Shown: piece by piece, positions 53,082 through 64,000 of the stretch | How positions within the stretch are numbered: the first letter of the stretch is position 1 | Layout of the letters: every line of letters begins with the position of its first letter | Source: Styela clava | Lineage: Eukaryota | Length of the DNA stretch: 64,000 bases | Assembly (NCBI RefSeq): GCF_964204865.1 | Contig: NC_135263.1 | Coordinates: forward strand, 11,408,001 to 11,472,000 | Direction: 5' to 3' | Position numbers and translations under genes: made by a program | Notes under the pieces: generated by a model | Database searches by the model: none | What the model saw: only the letters and a program-made list of their open reading frames with translations | What the model was told of the DNA's origin: nothing

Positions 53082-54447
53082 ATGCAAACCAAATTGTTGA
53101 TTGTTCTTGGTCTTGTGGCGATTCTTGCCTTTGAGGGTGGTGACTCCTTTTGGAGAAGAAGGCGTCGTAGAAGAAGACATCACTGTTCCTACCCGTACAA
53201 GGCTCACTACTATTCCACCCTGAGGCACTACCGTACTGTCAGCTCAAGGTACCACGTCATCTTGAGGCATTACAGGATACTTGTTAATTACATACATCAC
53301 GTTGGCGTCAAAGCACTCAGATACGGAGGCCACGTGACTTCTATAGGAAGACAACTTCTTCATCAGTATTCCAGACACCAGTAAGCAATACCCGAACAAT
53401 ATTAGTATATATGTGTAATATGGCAATTTAATAATTATAGTCTTTTCGACCAAGAATGAAGAGTTTCGTTACTAGAATTTAAAAAAGTTTGTAATACCAT
53501 CATTTCTACAATTTAGAAATGAAAATTCCATACTGTTTGTTCTCTCTTCTACCCCAAAATTAAAAACTGTTTTTGAATTAAATTTTCGGAATTTCTATCT
53601 GGTAATCACCCAGACTAACGTTCTCAAAATAAGATCGTATTTTTCAGTTTTATATATATTTGGAAAATGAGTTGCCCTCTTTGGCGTGTGTAGCTGAATG
53701 AACGTAATTTTGCACCAACTACTAGATTCTAAGTATTACGAAATGCGTTGATTGAGGATTGTTATATATTCCGAGCCAATAAAATTTGAAAATTTATCAT
53801 ATTTCAGCCATATATCTCATGTCTACGGAGATGAAGAAGATATCGAAGAGAGTGATCTTTTTGCCGAAAAAGATGTTCGTAAATTTATTTTTATTTGAAT
53901 AAAATTTGGAAATCAGTTATCGTTTCAAATAAATCGAAATAGGCCAACTTTGATCTCATGTTTGCCTAGTTTTAAGTTACTGACAACAAAATCAAGATGT
54001 AACGTTATATTCACCATAATGATGTCAAATATCTTTTACTTTAAACTTTAATCACAATACTTTACTACTTGAGTTCAAAAGAATGTGCTTACTATATATG
54101 CCGAGTAGAACAAGTAATGATATAAAATATCATTGTACGTTAAGAATAATCGAACTTATTAAAATAAATATTATTGATCTTACATAAACTTTATTAACAG
54201 AATGATAGTTTCGAACAAGAATTTGATGACCTGAACGATGATCAGGATATGTTCGAAGACTCTGAAGATACGAGTGAAAACGAAAATGAAGAAGTCCTGA
54301 AGGAACTCCCCGAAAAAGGTGAACATATTTAAGTTGTGTTACTCGTGTTGTAAAAGGTTTGATGATTGTTCTTAAGACTTTGATTTAAATGATTTCTTAT
54401 TTCAAGCTGAAGACGTCAACAAGGATCATAATCTCAACGACGAATAG
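53082..54447 (+). CDS. Cluster gene 9: recent paralog of gene 8 (174 aa)
   Basis: Exons 53082-53380, 53808-53874, 54201-54318, 54407-54447, the same lengths as gene 8. Nine amino-acid differences in exon 1; exon 2 is identical. Confidence 0.9.
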
Positions 54448-55813
54448 TCTATTATAAGAAAACGACATGATTTTACAACCAGACATGGAACCGAAGCTGA
54501 GACAAATGTTGTCTATAGATAGCTCTATGCGTTCATAGACCATACTTGTTTAAACCTTTTTTTATTCTTTCACGTAAAAGTGTCATTGCTTGCATAATCA
54601 TAATATACTGCATTAAGAAATATTTTGACAAAATCATTTATTAGCACAAAGATCAGTGTCAATGTTGCTTCTCAATATCATGTTATGTTCAATGAAAGGA
54701 CACGTTGTAGCTTTGGATTCAGCTTTATTAATACGAATTGCATGCCACAAAATTAGGTAAGATGATATCCAATACTGTATACAGCAATATACATGTCAGG
54801 TCGAGGTCTATTCGAGGCTTAGTCAGCAAATCTTCTGTGTATTTAATTTACAAAATATATTAGAAATACCAGCAAAATGTTTCAGGCAGCGTTTTCGAAA
54901 TAGATGAATTACTTTTTGGTATGTTGAATAGTCCTTTTCAAACGGAATATACAACTTGCCCACGGTGATATGAAGATTTATACTGCAAAATAAAGTGAAT
55001 GGTTGAATATAATTTTGATAAATATCAAAACCAATATAGAAACTACAACTTCTTACGATAGAATTGATTAAAATCATATATATGTATATGCATTTCGGAA
55101 CTTACCTTAGGTAGCGCGACATGCGTTGGTCAACCAATTCAGCAACGACTACGTCTTACGATAAAGGTTTTTCGAAGCATGCAGGGGTACGGCATATAGT
55201 GGAATCGGCATATTTCCAGTTGTTACTGAATTTCGAGTTTGCTTTTTACTCTTATTCGAAGAAGACGAACATTTGCAGGCATTACAGCAGCATATACAGT
55301 GAAAAACAGAAAGAACAAATGCGAAGGAAATTCCAATCCCAGCACATTTCACATACCTCGAAAGGCGAACTAAAAAAATGAAAAGGAAATCCAGATAAGA
55401 ACACTTTTGTATTTAAAAATCTCATTCCCATAACTACATAGACGTGTGTTATTTTAGTTTTATCCCGTGTTAAAGACACGCTTGAAATAAAGCTAAAGAC
55501 ATTCATAAATTAATGGCGATAAGCAGACCCCTTTTACGCGTTCACAAAAGTATTAATATATATATGCAATATTTGCCCAGCACCTATTTAGTTGTTCTAC
55601 AATGTCGGTGTCTTTGAGAACATACCCAGCACAAGTACAAAAACAATCGAATTTCGTATCTCCATTCCAGTCCCCGTACCTTTTTCTCATCGGCTCGGTT
55701 TCGCGCCAAGCTCTGTTCGCGAACAGCGTGGTGATTCACCGTGGAGTTTCCGCAGTGAAATATTACAATTTAAATCAGTGCTGAGAGACGACGAAAACTA
55801 ACCTAATCATACC

Positions 55814-55988
55814 CGCATGTATTAGCTTTATATTTACCACAGTTATCCACTTCGCTTACGAGATCAAATAAACCCAGACTGATTTAATATAGGCCATTCG
55901 CAGTTTTGCTTTACTAGTACTCGTACTTGCATCTGCATGGCTTAATCTTTGAGTCAAGCATATCACTACTGGCGAGATCAAACAGATA
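55814..55988 (-). pseudogene. Degenerate 5' fragment of 18S rRNA, with probable 5'ETS at about 55989-56130
   Basis: The minus strand reads TATCTGTTTGATCTCGCCAGTAGTGATATGCTTGACTCAAAGATTAAGCCATGCAG...AAACTGCGAATGG...ATTAAATCAG...TGGATAACTGTGGTAA...AGCTAATACATGCG, the universal 18S 5' end. It has substitutions at normally invariant sites and stops after about 175 nt. Confidence 0.93.
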
Positions 55989-57820
55989 GCTGCAGCAGCA
56001 GCGCTCGGTCCCTGCGGGGCCGCTCGTCGCTTTCGTTTGCGGCCGAAGCAATCGCCTGCGGCCGTACTCTGCTTGGACGCGATGTCCACGCACTCGCCAG
56101 GCGAGTGCTTTGCTTTTCGACTTTACTCGCCCTACCTGTACCTTGCCCTTCTGTATCCTGTTTTTCACATTGATCTATATCACCGAAACAGCAATAAAAT
56201 CCACCACGGCAACAGCATCCCTCTGAAACACATGATTTACTATTCAACATTGCAATATGCCAGATAAACCGAATATGCCAAATTTCATAGAGTATGGTAG
56301 CTAATGTTGTGTCACAGAATACTAGAACATCAAAAGATGTTCGTCTCGCTCTTAAGAAAATCAGAGTTTCGCAACTCCAAAATGTGGAACAAGTTTTGTG
56401 GGTGCAACTTGTTGGTACCAAGCACCCCGCTTGAAATCCTACAAAAGTTTATTTCAGCTATAACATTATAAAGTATAAAGTAGTAAAGAGCCATATTTAC
56501 AAATTATATCGCATTGAGAGTTATGGAAAATTTTTGTTATGTATTCGCATTTCTATAAAACGCGAAACTAATTATTGATATATACTATATATCTATGGAG
56601 CTGAAGAAGAACTTAAATATATACTCTACCCACCTGGACAGTGGTATCCTGCTCCGCAGTAATCGTAGGCCTATAAATAAAGAGCATTGCTGAGTTTTAG
56701 AACGATATTCAGTATAAGCAGAAAACGAATTTTCTAACGCTTTATACCAGAGATCGTCAATCAATTACTTAGAAATCTGAACAAACTTTCATGAACACAT
56801 AAGCGACGCAAAAATATTTCAGTTGAAAATGGTTGTGGGGGCAAAATTTATTCTTTCACGTGAAAGTGTCATTGCTTGCATAAAATAATCCTAAAAATAA
56901 AATCATAAAAAATAAATAAAACCACAAAATATTTACCCGTACCTTGGATTCTACGATGATTGTCAACAATATTCCAACAACAAAGAAATTCATTTTGTGA
57001 ATTCGACCGATATATGTCAAAACAAATACTCACTTATATATATTTATATACACTTATCCTGTAATAAAATTTTAATGACACTTCCCTGCTAATTTTTAAT
57101 TATCATTATTATCTATGAATATAATCAATTTGGACGGAAAGCCATCACCAGCCTCCACTGCAATCTACTGAATGGATCAGAAATATGATAATCGTCAAAA
57201 GAAACAAATATTTCCTGATTATCATATTACAATATCACAATAATATAATATTTAGATATTGGTATATTTCTATCAGAATATCACTAGTTTATTTTTTTTT
57301 AACAATTTTACAAAGATTCAATATAATCTCAAAAACAATGTTAGAATATGTAACATAAATATTGTGTAGTGGGCTTAGATAAATTTGTTTGTGAAACATC
57401 ATTTCTCACCCACGCTCGAATCCTATTCTTGATATTCTTTTGTTTCGCAGTTTCGTGGGCTATTTCCTTGTTATTGAATGACAGGGCAAAAGGCGGTTTA
57501 CACCGTTGATATATCATAAATTGTTGCTAAACTGCTATCAAATATTACAAATGAAAATATTTACGATCATAACGTATATCTGCGTACAAAAAAAAACATA
57601 ACACCCTCTTAAAGATCAATTGAAAACATCCTATTAAAGTATATCTTTGCATAATTCGCGATGAATCTACACTGATATACTTAATACCCTTCGTTACCGC
57701 GACGTAAAACTGCTTTATACTTCAAATTTTGCACTTCAATATATTGATAATTGAACAATCCTAAAGCGCCAGTGATATATTTGGAATAGTTTATATATAC
57801 ATTGAAAAGGCATCATAGAG

Positions 57821-58540
57821 CAGGGGTCCGCAACCCCCGGCACGCGTGCCAGTCATGGCACGCGACGAGATTTTATATGGCACGCGGCGTCGTGAACATT
57901 TTTCCAAAAAAAAACATGATTTAAAATGTTAAAATATTGAAAATAAATAACCGTACATGCGGTGCAAAACGCGTGGTTATTTTTGCTTTGTTTTATTGAT
58001 ACGTCAATATAATTTTTTTCAATATTTTCACGACATTATTGCCCGCTTTCATGCTGGTATTTGCGTTTTATTACCAATTTCAAGAATTGTTGATCTGCTG
58101 TGAAAATGTCGTTGACAAATTAAACGTCATTTTAAAACCTACACACAAAAAACTGACTGAGAAGAATGAAGCTTTTAAAAAGGATCTTTCACGTTTCAAA
58201 AAAGCAAAGTAGTATTTTCAACAAAAGTCATTCTCAGTGGAATTCAAAGTACGGAAAGTGGCCATAAAATGCAGACTGTATCGCTAATCGTTGGAAGCCT
58301 TTTACCGTTGGTAATTTCATTAAAAAGTATTTATCAATTGTTTCGAAGTTCTCTTTGAGAATGTGCCAAATAAAAATGTCATTCTCTCAAGAAATTAAAA
58401 TCACCCAGTGTCTGCTCTGAGTGAGAAAAAACAAGGGCAGGTATCTTACTAAAACCTAGGGTTATTGTGAATATTTCTTTGTATATTACTCGTGTTGTTT
58501 CTCGATGAGGTAACGGTGGTAACGGTTTGATATTAAACAA
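57821..58540. mobile_element. Truncated hAT-like element (one end only)
   Basis: Begins CAGGGGTCCGCAACCCCCGGCACGCGTGCCA. The same end type occurs inverted at 49860-49889. No matching second end; right boundary approximate. Confidence 0.55.
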
Positions 58541-58542
58541 GC

Positions 58543-59640
58543 TTCTTATTTTAAGCTGAAGACGTCAACAAAGATCAGAATCTCAACGACGAATAGTCTG
58601 CTACAAGAAGAGTCCTGCAAGACAAAATCTGACCTGGAACCGAAACTGAAACAAATGTTGCCTATAGATAGCTCTATGCGTTCATAAACCATACTTATAC
58701 TTTTTTTTTCATTATTTCTTAAACGTGAAAGTGTCATTGGCTGCATAATCATAAATATACTGCATAAAAAAAGTTCTGACAAGATCTTTTATTAGCTCAA
58801 AAATCAGTGTCAGTGTTGCTTCTCAATAACATGTCCTGTTCAATGAAAGGACACGTTGGATTGTTGGATTCAGCTTTATTAAAACAAATTGCACGCCACA
58901 AAATTGGGTAAGATGATATCGAATATACAGCAATATATATGTCAAGTCGGGGTATATTCGTTTAGTCTTCTGTGTATTTAATCTCCAAAATACAATACAA
59001 ATAACAGCAAAATGTTTCAGGCAACGTTATCGAAATAGATGAAAAGCCTTTTGGTATGTTGGATAGTCGTTTTCAAACGGAGTTTAACACTTGCCCACGG
59101 TGATATAAAGACATTGACTGCAAAATAAAATGAATGGTTGAATATAATTTCGATGAATACCAAAACCAATTTAGCAACGACTACGTCTTACGATAGAATT
59201 GATTGAAATCATTTATATATATATAATTCTTTCGAAACTTACCGTAGGTTGTGCAGCATGCAGGGGTATGGCATGCAGTGGAATCGGCTTATTTTTATTT
59301 GTTACTGAATTTCGAGTTCGAAGACGAACATTTGCAGGTACCACAGCAGCATTTACAGAGCACATAAACAGTAAGAAGGAATAAGAAGGCAATTCCAGAT
59401 GCAAATAATTTTGCATGCCTTCGAACACGACCTAGAATAGGTAAAAAGTAAATCCAGATAAAAACACTTATGTATTTTCAAATCATCATTTTCAAGTTAT
59501 TCACATAACTAAATATAGATGTGTTTTATTTTAGTTTAACCCATGTTAAAGACACGCTTGAAAAAAGGGCGAAAGAAATTCATAAATAAAGACTATGGCG
59601 ATATGCAAGGCCTTCGTTTACGCGTTCACAAAAATGTTAA
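58543..59640 (+). pseudogene. Orphan last exon and 3' flank of a gene 8/9-type copy
   Basis: ttttaag|CTGAAGACGTCAACAAAGATCAGAATCTCAACGACGAATAG (58556-58596) is followed by about 1 kb matching 54448-55560. No upstream exons are visible; the preceding DNA is hAT-like. Confidence 0.8.
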
Positions 59641-59642
59641 TA

Positions 59643-59647
<5 letters not shown>

Positions 59648-59715
<68 letters not shown>
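59648..59715. repeat. (TA)n microsatellite
   Basis: About 34 uninterrupted TA units. Confidence 0.98.
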
Positions 59716-59717
<2 letters not shown>

Positions 59718-62335
59718 AATACGGTAGTTAAGTAGACATACCGTGCTAAAAAAGCGACAGTTATGTAGACGGAAAAATTGGGTAGACATTTTCCTGTCCG
59801 CTTAATTATTCCACGTTCCATAATTAAAACGTTTTGCGATATTTTGCTGAAATCTCTTTTTCTCTGATAAAACAGTATCAAAAATAATATGTTCTTTCAA
59901 TATTTTTTAAATAATAGCACATTTTCGCCAACTTTAATGGGACAGTAGTTCTGCTGGTTTATAATCAACGGGTTTAATTTTCGTACATAAAGTGGACATT
60001 TTATTTATGCAAAAATCTTTTAATTTTTCGGTATATGTTTTTACGATTTTTGGAGAGTAGGTTTGATAATTTTGATACAATAACCAGGCAGAACATGAAG
60101 ATCGTCCGTTCTGTTTTTTGCAATATAAGCTCAATAAACTGAAAAGGACCTCAATTCACACTCCGTACTAAAGAGGCTTTGTGTCGCAATAGTAAAACTG
60201 TCGGGTTCGCCGAGAACTTTGCCGTTTGCCGTTTACCACGTTTGCCGTTTTGTTCGCAAGTAACCTGGGCGCCGTGAGGGGATTGGGATCTTCATGAGTG
60301 CGTGATTGCCGAAATTTAGATAAAATAGAACAGTTGTGTTTGGAGAAGCGTTCCAAGTCTTTTGTGTCAGGTGTTATCAGTTACCCAGTGAATTGAAGTC
60401 GAGTCATAATAACTTGAAACAAGGATTTCAACGTCACCGAGGAATGCTGCTGGAAATCATCACTCATCGGATAAGGTGATTAGTCATAACGATTTTTAAT
60501 ATTAGGGTTACTATATTTTTGGTGTTGAGATTTTTCACGTAATCCAGATTATCAAAATTTAGACCATCAAAATAATGATACGACTGGGTTTGCGTTTGTA
60601 AAAGTGTGTAATTCAGAAGGATTCCAAATCCAGACGAAAATACAAACGAAGAATGTGAAAATTCAATGAATTCAATTTTTTGTCGAAAAAGAAGGATATA
60701 CGAGAAGTGAGTGGTTGACGTTTGTATAGTTTGGTGTAAATAAAAATATCTAATACACCGCTCCATATTAGATTAAAATATTTCCTCTTCGGAAAACAGT
60801 TTTGAAGAATTGCATTGCTAGCAATTTTGTTTTGTGATTTGGCACATATCCCTGAGTTATTTTACCATCCTCATCTAGTTATTTACTGGGCTGTATTTTT
60901 TGTTCACATTTAGGTGACTCTCCAACGAGATGGCCCACGTTTCAGAACTTGGCAGACGGAAATGCGGGTAGTGATTCGGAGAAAGCTGTGCCAGGAGGTG
61001 ACTAAATGAGTTTGCTATGCTTGTTTTTTTATTAAATACGGTATCGTAAATTGATACCAATGAATGGTAATAAACCAAATCATAATATCATTTGTAGCCC
61101 ATCACAAATAGCGCAGCTATCTACGAATAATTGTAGTGCACCGTTTAGAAACCTGGTTTATTTGAGTAATAATGCAATTATCCATTTCAAACATTTCGTT
61201 TGTTCGATCAATCAAGAGTAGCGTAATTCTGAATTGGACTAAAACACTGTGATGATGTTTCGTGACTTATGCATGTATTTTTGACCAAAGTTTCAGATAA
61301 GTCAACAGAGTATACCGCACCATCTTCAGAGTCACTTTCAATAAGCAATGTAAGTGATTTCAAAGAAAACCATATATATGGAAAAGAAAAATGCTGTAAA
61401 TCAATTCAAAAAAAAGCTTCTAAACAAAAGCGAACCAGAAAAGAAACTACGAAAGAAAAATAATTGCACGGATTGGTATATCTTGTGAGAAGTTTATTGT
61501 AAAGCTTTAAGACATCTCTGTATAATTCATAAAGATGAACCGGCAGTGAGCATAATCTTGTCTCTCCTCAACAACTTAACCTAGTGGGCATATCCACATT
61601 CGTATACATACTTGGCACACATTTTTACTATTCAATTATAAATTCAAAATAACAATCATGTTTTTGTATTCCGAGTTGGTGAAAAAATTTTAAATAAATT
61701 GTGCAAAGATTCTAAATTGGTATTGAGGTTCAATAATTTCATTTTGATCGCTTGTATAGTTGACTGTATAATCAATCACTGCTATAATTAGGCGCCCTGA
61801 TAGGTTGACATTTGAGTTATAATTGGTGTAATGTTTCTCATTTTAGTTGACATGGCAAAATTTCGTTTCGCATTCATAGGCCCCATTGAAAACGTCCCTT
61901 AATTGAACATTTGAGATATGTTGTGTATAATGTTTCTCGATATTTTATTCAGAATTTCGTGTTTTAATTACATACCTTCTGAAATGGTTGAAATTTTTTT
62001 TGACTGCTTCTCAATATTATTGCCATTCCAAAATATCATTTTGCATTTACATGACACACTTACGTAGCTAAGTAGATGACGATTTGCGATTTATTTTCTG
62101 TTTTGTTTTTCAATATGGTTTCAAAATTTTGTTTTATAATATTTGTCACTCTCAAGTTATCGGATAGGTGAACAGAGATAAATTTTGAGCAATTTTCCAC
62201 AACATCAAAATATGATTAGTATTCGAAATTTCGTATTTCAGTTAAATTTCACACACTGTGAAGTGTAAGTGTGTGAGATATATTTTGTGTAAGATTTCTC
62301 AATACGATTCCAGAATTTTGTTTCAATAGTTGTAT

Positions 62336-63730
62336 GCCACACTTAGGTGGTCGGATATGCGGACATTTGAGATATATATTTTGTGTAATGTTTCTCAAAA
62401 TTATTTCAGAATTTTCATTTCAATTTTTGCATGTCCACACTTAGGTGGTCGGATAGGTGGACATTTGAGATATACTTTGTGTAATGTTTCTCAATATGAT
62501 TTCAGAGTTTTCATTGTGATTGTTTTATGCCACACTTAGGTGGTCGGATAGGTGGACATTTGAGATATACTTTGTGTAATGTTTCTCAATATGATTTCAG
62601 AGTTTCCATTGTGATTGTTTTATGCCACACTTATGTGGTCGGATAGGCGGACATTTGAGATATATTTTGTGTAATGTTTCTCAATATTATTTCAGAATTT
62701 TCATTTCAATTTTTGTATGCCCCACTTAGGTGGTCGGATAAGTGGACATTTGAGATATATATACTTTGTGTAATGTTTCTCAATATGATTTCAGAGTTTT
62801 CATTGTGATTGTTTTATGCCACACTTAGGTGGTCGGATAGGTGGACATTTGAGATATACTTTGTGTAATGTTTCTCAATATTATTTCAGAATTTTCATTT
62901 CAATTTTTGTATGCCACACTTAGGTGGCCGGATAGGTGGGCATTTGAGATATACTTTGTGTAATGTTTCTCATTACGATTTTGGAATTTTCATTTTAATG
63001 TTTCATGCCACACTAAGGTGGCCGGATAGGTGGACATTTGAGATATACTTTGTGTAATATTTCTCAATATGATTTCAAGAGTTTTCATTTTGATTGTTTT
63101 ATGCCACACTTAGGTGGTCGGATAGTTGGACATTTGAGATATACTTTGTGTAATGTTTCTCAATATGATTTCAGAAGTTTCATTTCAATTCTTGTATGCC
63201 ATACTTAGGTGGCCGGATAGGTGGACATTCGAGATATAGTTCGTGTAATGTTCTCAATATGATTTCAGAATTTTCATTTTTATGTTTATTGCCACACTTA
63301 GGTGGCCGGATAGGTGGACATTTGAGATATATTTTGTGTGATGTTACTCAATATGATTTAAGAATTTTCATTTAAATGTTTAATGCCACACCTAGGTGGC
63401 CGGATAGGTAGACATTTGAGATATACTTTGTGTAATGTTCCTCAATATGATGTCAGAATTTTCATTTCAATTTTTGTACGCCTCACTTAGGTGGCCGGAT
63501 AGGTGGACATTTGAGATATACTTTGTGTAATATTTCTCAATATGATTTCAGAATTTTTATTTCAATTCTTGTACGCCACACTTAGGTGGCCGGATAGGTG
63601 ACATTTGAGATATATTTTGTGTAATATTTCTCAATATGATTTCAGAATTTTTATTTCAATTCTTGTACGCCACACTTAGGTGGTCGGATAAGTTGACATT
63701 TGAGATATATTTTGTGTAATGTTTATCAAT
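62336..63730. repeat. 95-bp satellite, about 14-15 copies (decayed copies from about 61790)
   Basis: Unit gccacacttaggtggtcggataggtggacatttgagatatactttgtgtaatgtttctcaatatgatttcagagttttcattgtgattgttttat. Confidence 0.96.
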
Positions 63731-64000
63731 ATTATTGGAATGCCATAATTTTGACTTGGTATTGATATCTTGACACTCACAACATAGCATCTGTTTAATC
63801 TATATGTTGCACCATAGGGTTGGAATAGGCGAACATTTGTGATATGCTCTGTGTATTTCTCAGTTTCAAATATATAACACGTTCGGATCAATTTGTTTCG
63901 ATTTGTCTACCTTCACGTTGCATTTCGAGTATTTTTTGATATGGAAGATTATTTCCAACACCAAACAAAGTGCATCTCCCTTGCACGAAAGACTGAACAT

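Larger units (their letters stand above)
36987..55040. repeat. Tandem duplication of about 9 kb carrying genes 8 and 9
   Basis: 36987-37700 aligns to 46097-46930; 39880-40225 to 49893-50237; 42290-46095 to 51510-55040. Confidence 0.88.

Noticed and set aside
44106-53380. Positive selection between genes 8 and 9
   Set aside because: Exon 1 has 9 amino-acid-changing codons and 7 purely synonymous codons. Given the excess of nonsynonymous sites, this does not suggest dN/dS above 1.
55856-56421. Overlapping ORFs up to 147 aa
   Set aside because: They overlie the GC-rich 18S/ETS fragment; no protein features.
60160-61463. Possible exons of another plus-strand gene
   Set aside because: Some acceptor/donor-like sites exist, but I could not build a consistent frame or recognise a domain.
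62336-63730. CRISPR-like array
   Set aside because: Whole units repeat with no unique spacers, there are no cas genes, and the context is eukaryotic.

Overview
AT-rich, intron-containing eukaryotic DNA, probably from an ascidian (inferred from the peptide precursor architecture and the wording of an 18S fragment). The window is dominated by a cluster of nine paralogous secreted-peptide genes, plus one orphan 3' fragment. The ORF track shows them only as short pieces. I rebuilt each gene by hand from GT-AG sites: all share intron phases 2-0-1 (the third intron lies just after the stop in genes 1-3). They encode a signal peptide, then an Arg-run/Cys head (absent in gene 5; no Cys in gene 4), a long cationic His/Tyr-rich heptad helix, usually Gly-Asp, and a very acidic C-terminal pro-piece. 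This is the layout of Styela clavanin/styelin antimicrobial precursors, but the predicted mature peptides are about 2-4 times longer and look like coiled coils. Genes 1-5 lie on the minus strand and genes 6-9 on the plus strand, diverging from about 22-24 kb. Also present: a 5.5-kb CACTA/EnSpm-like element in the 5'-UTR intron of gene 7 carrying its own spliced gene fragment, hAT MITEs with 8-bp TSDs, a Tigger-like MITE, two solo LTRs, tandem duplications, a probable gene-conversion tract, an 18S rRNA/5'ETS fragment and a 95-bp satellite. All family assignments are from memory; no database search was run.
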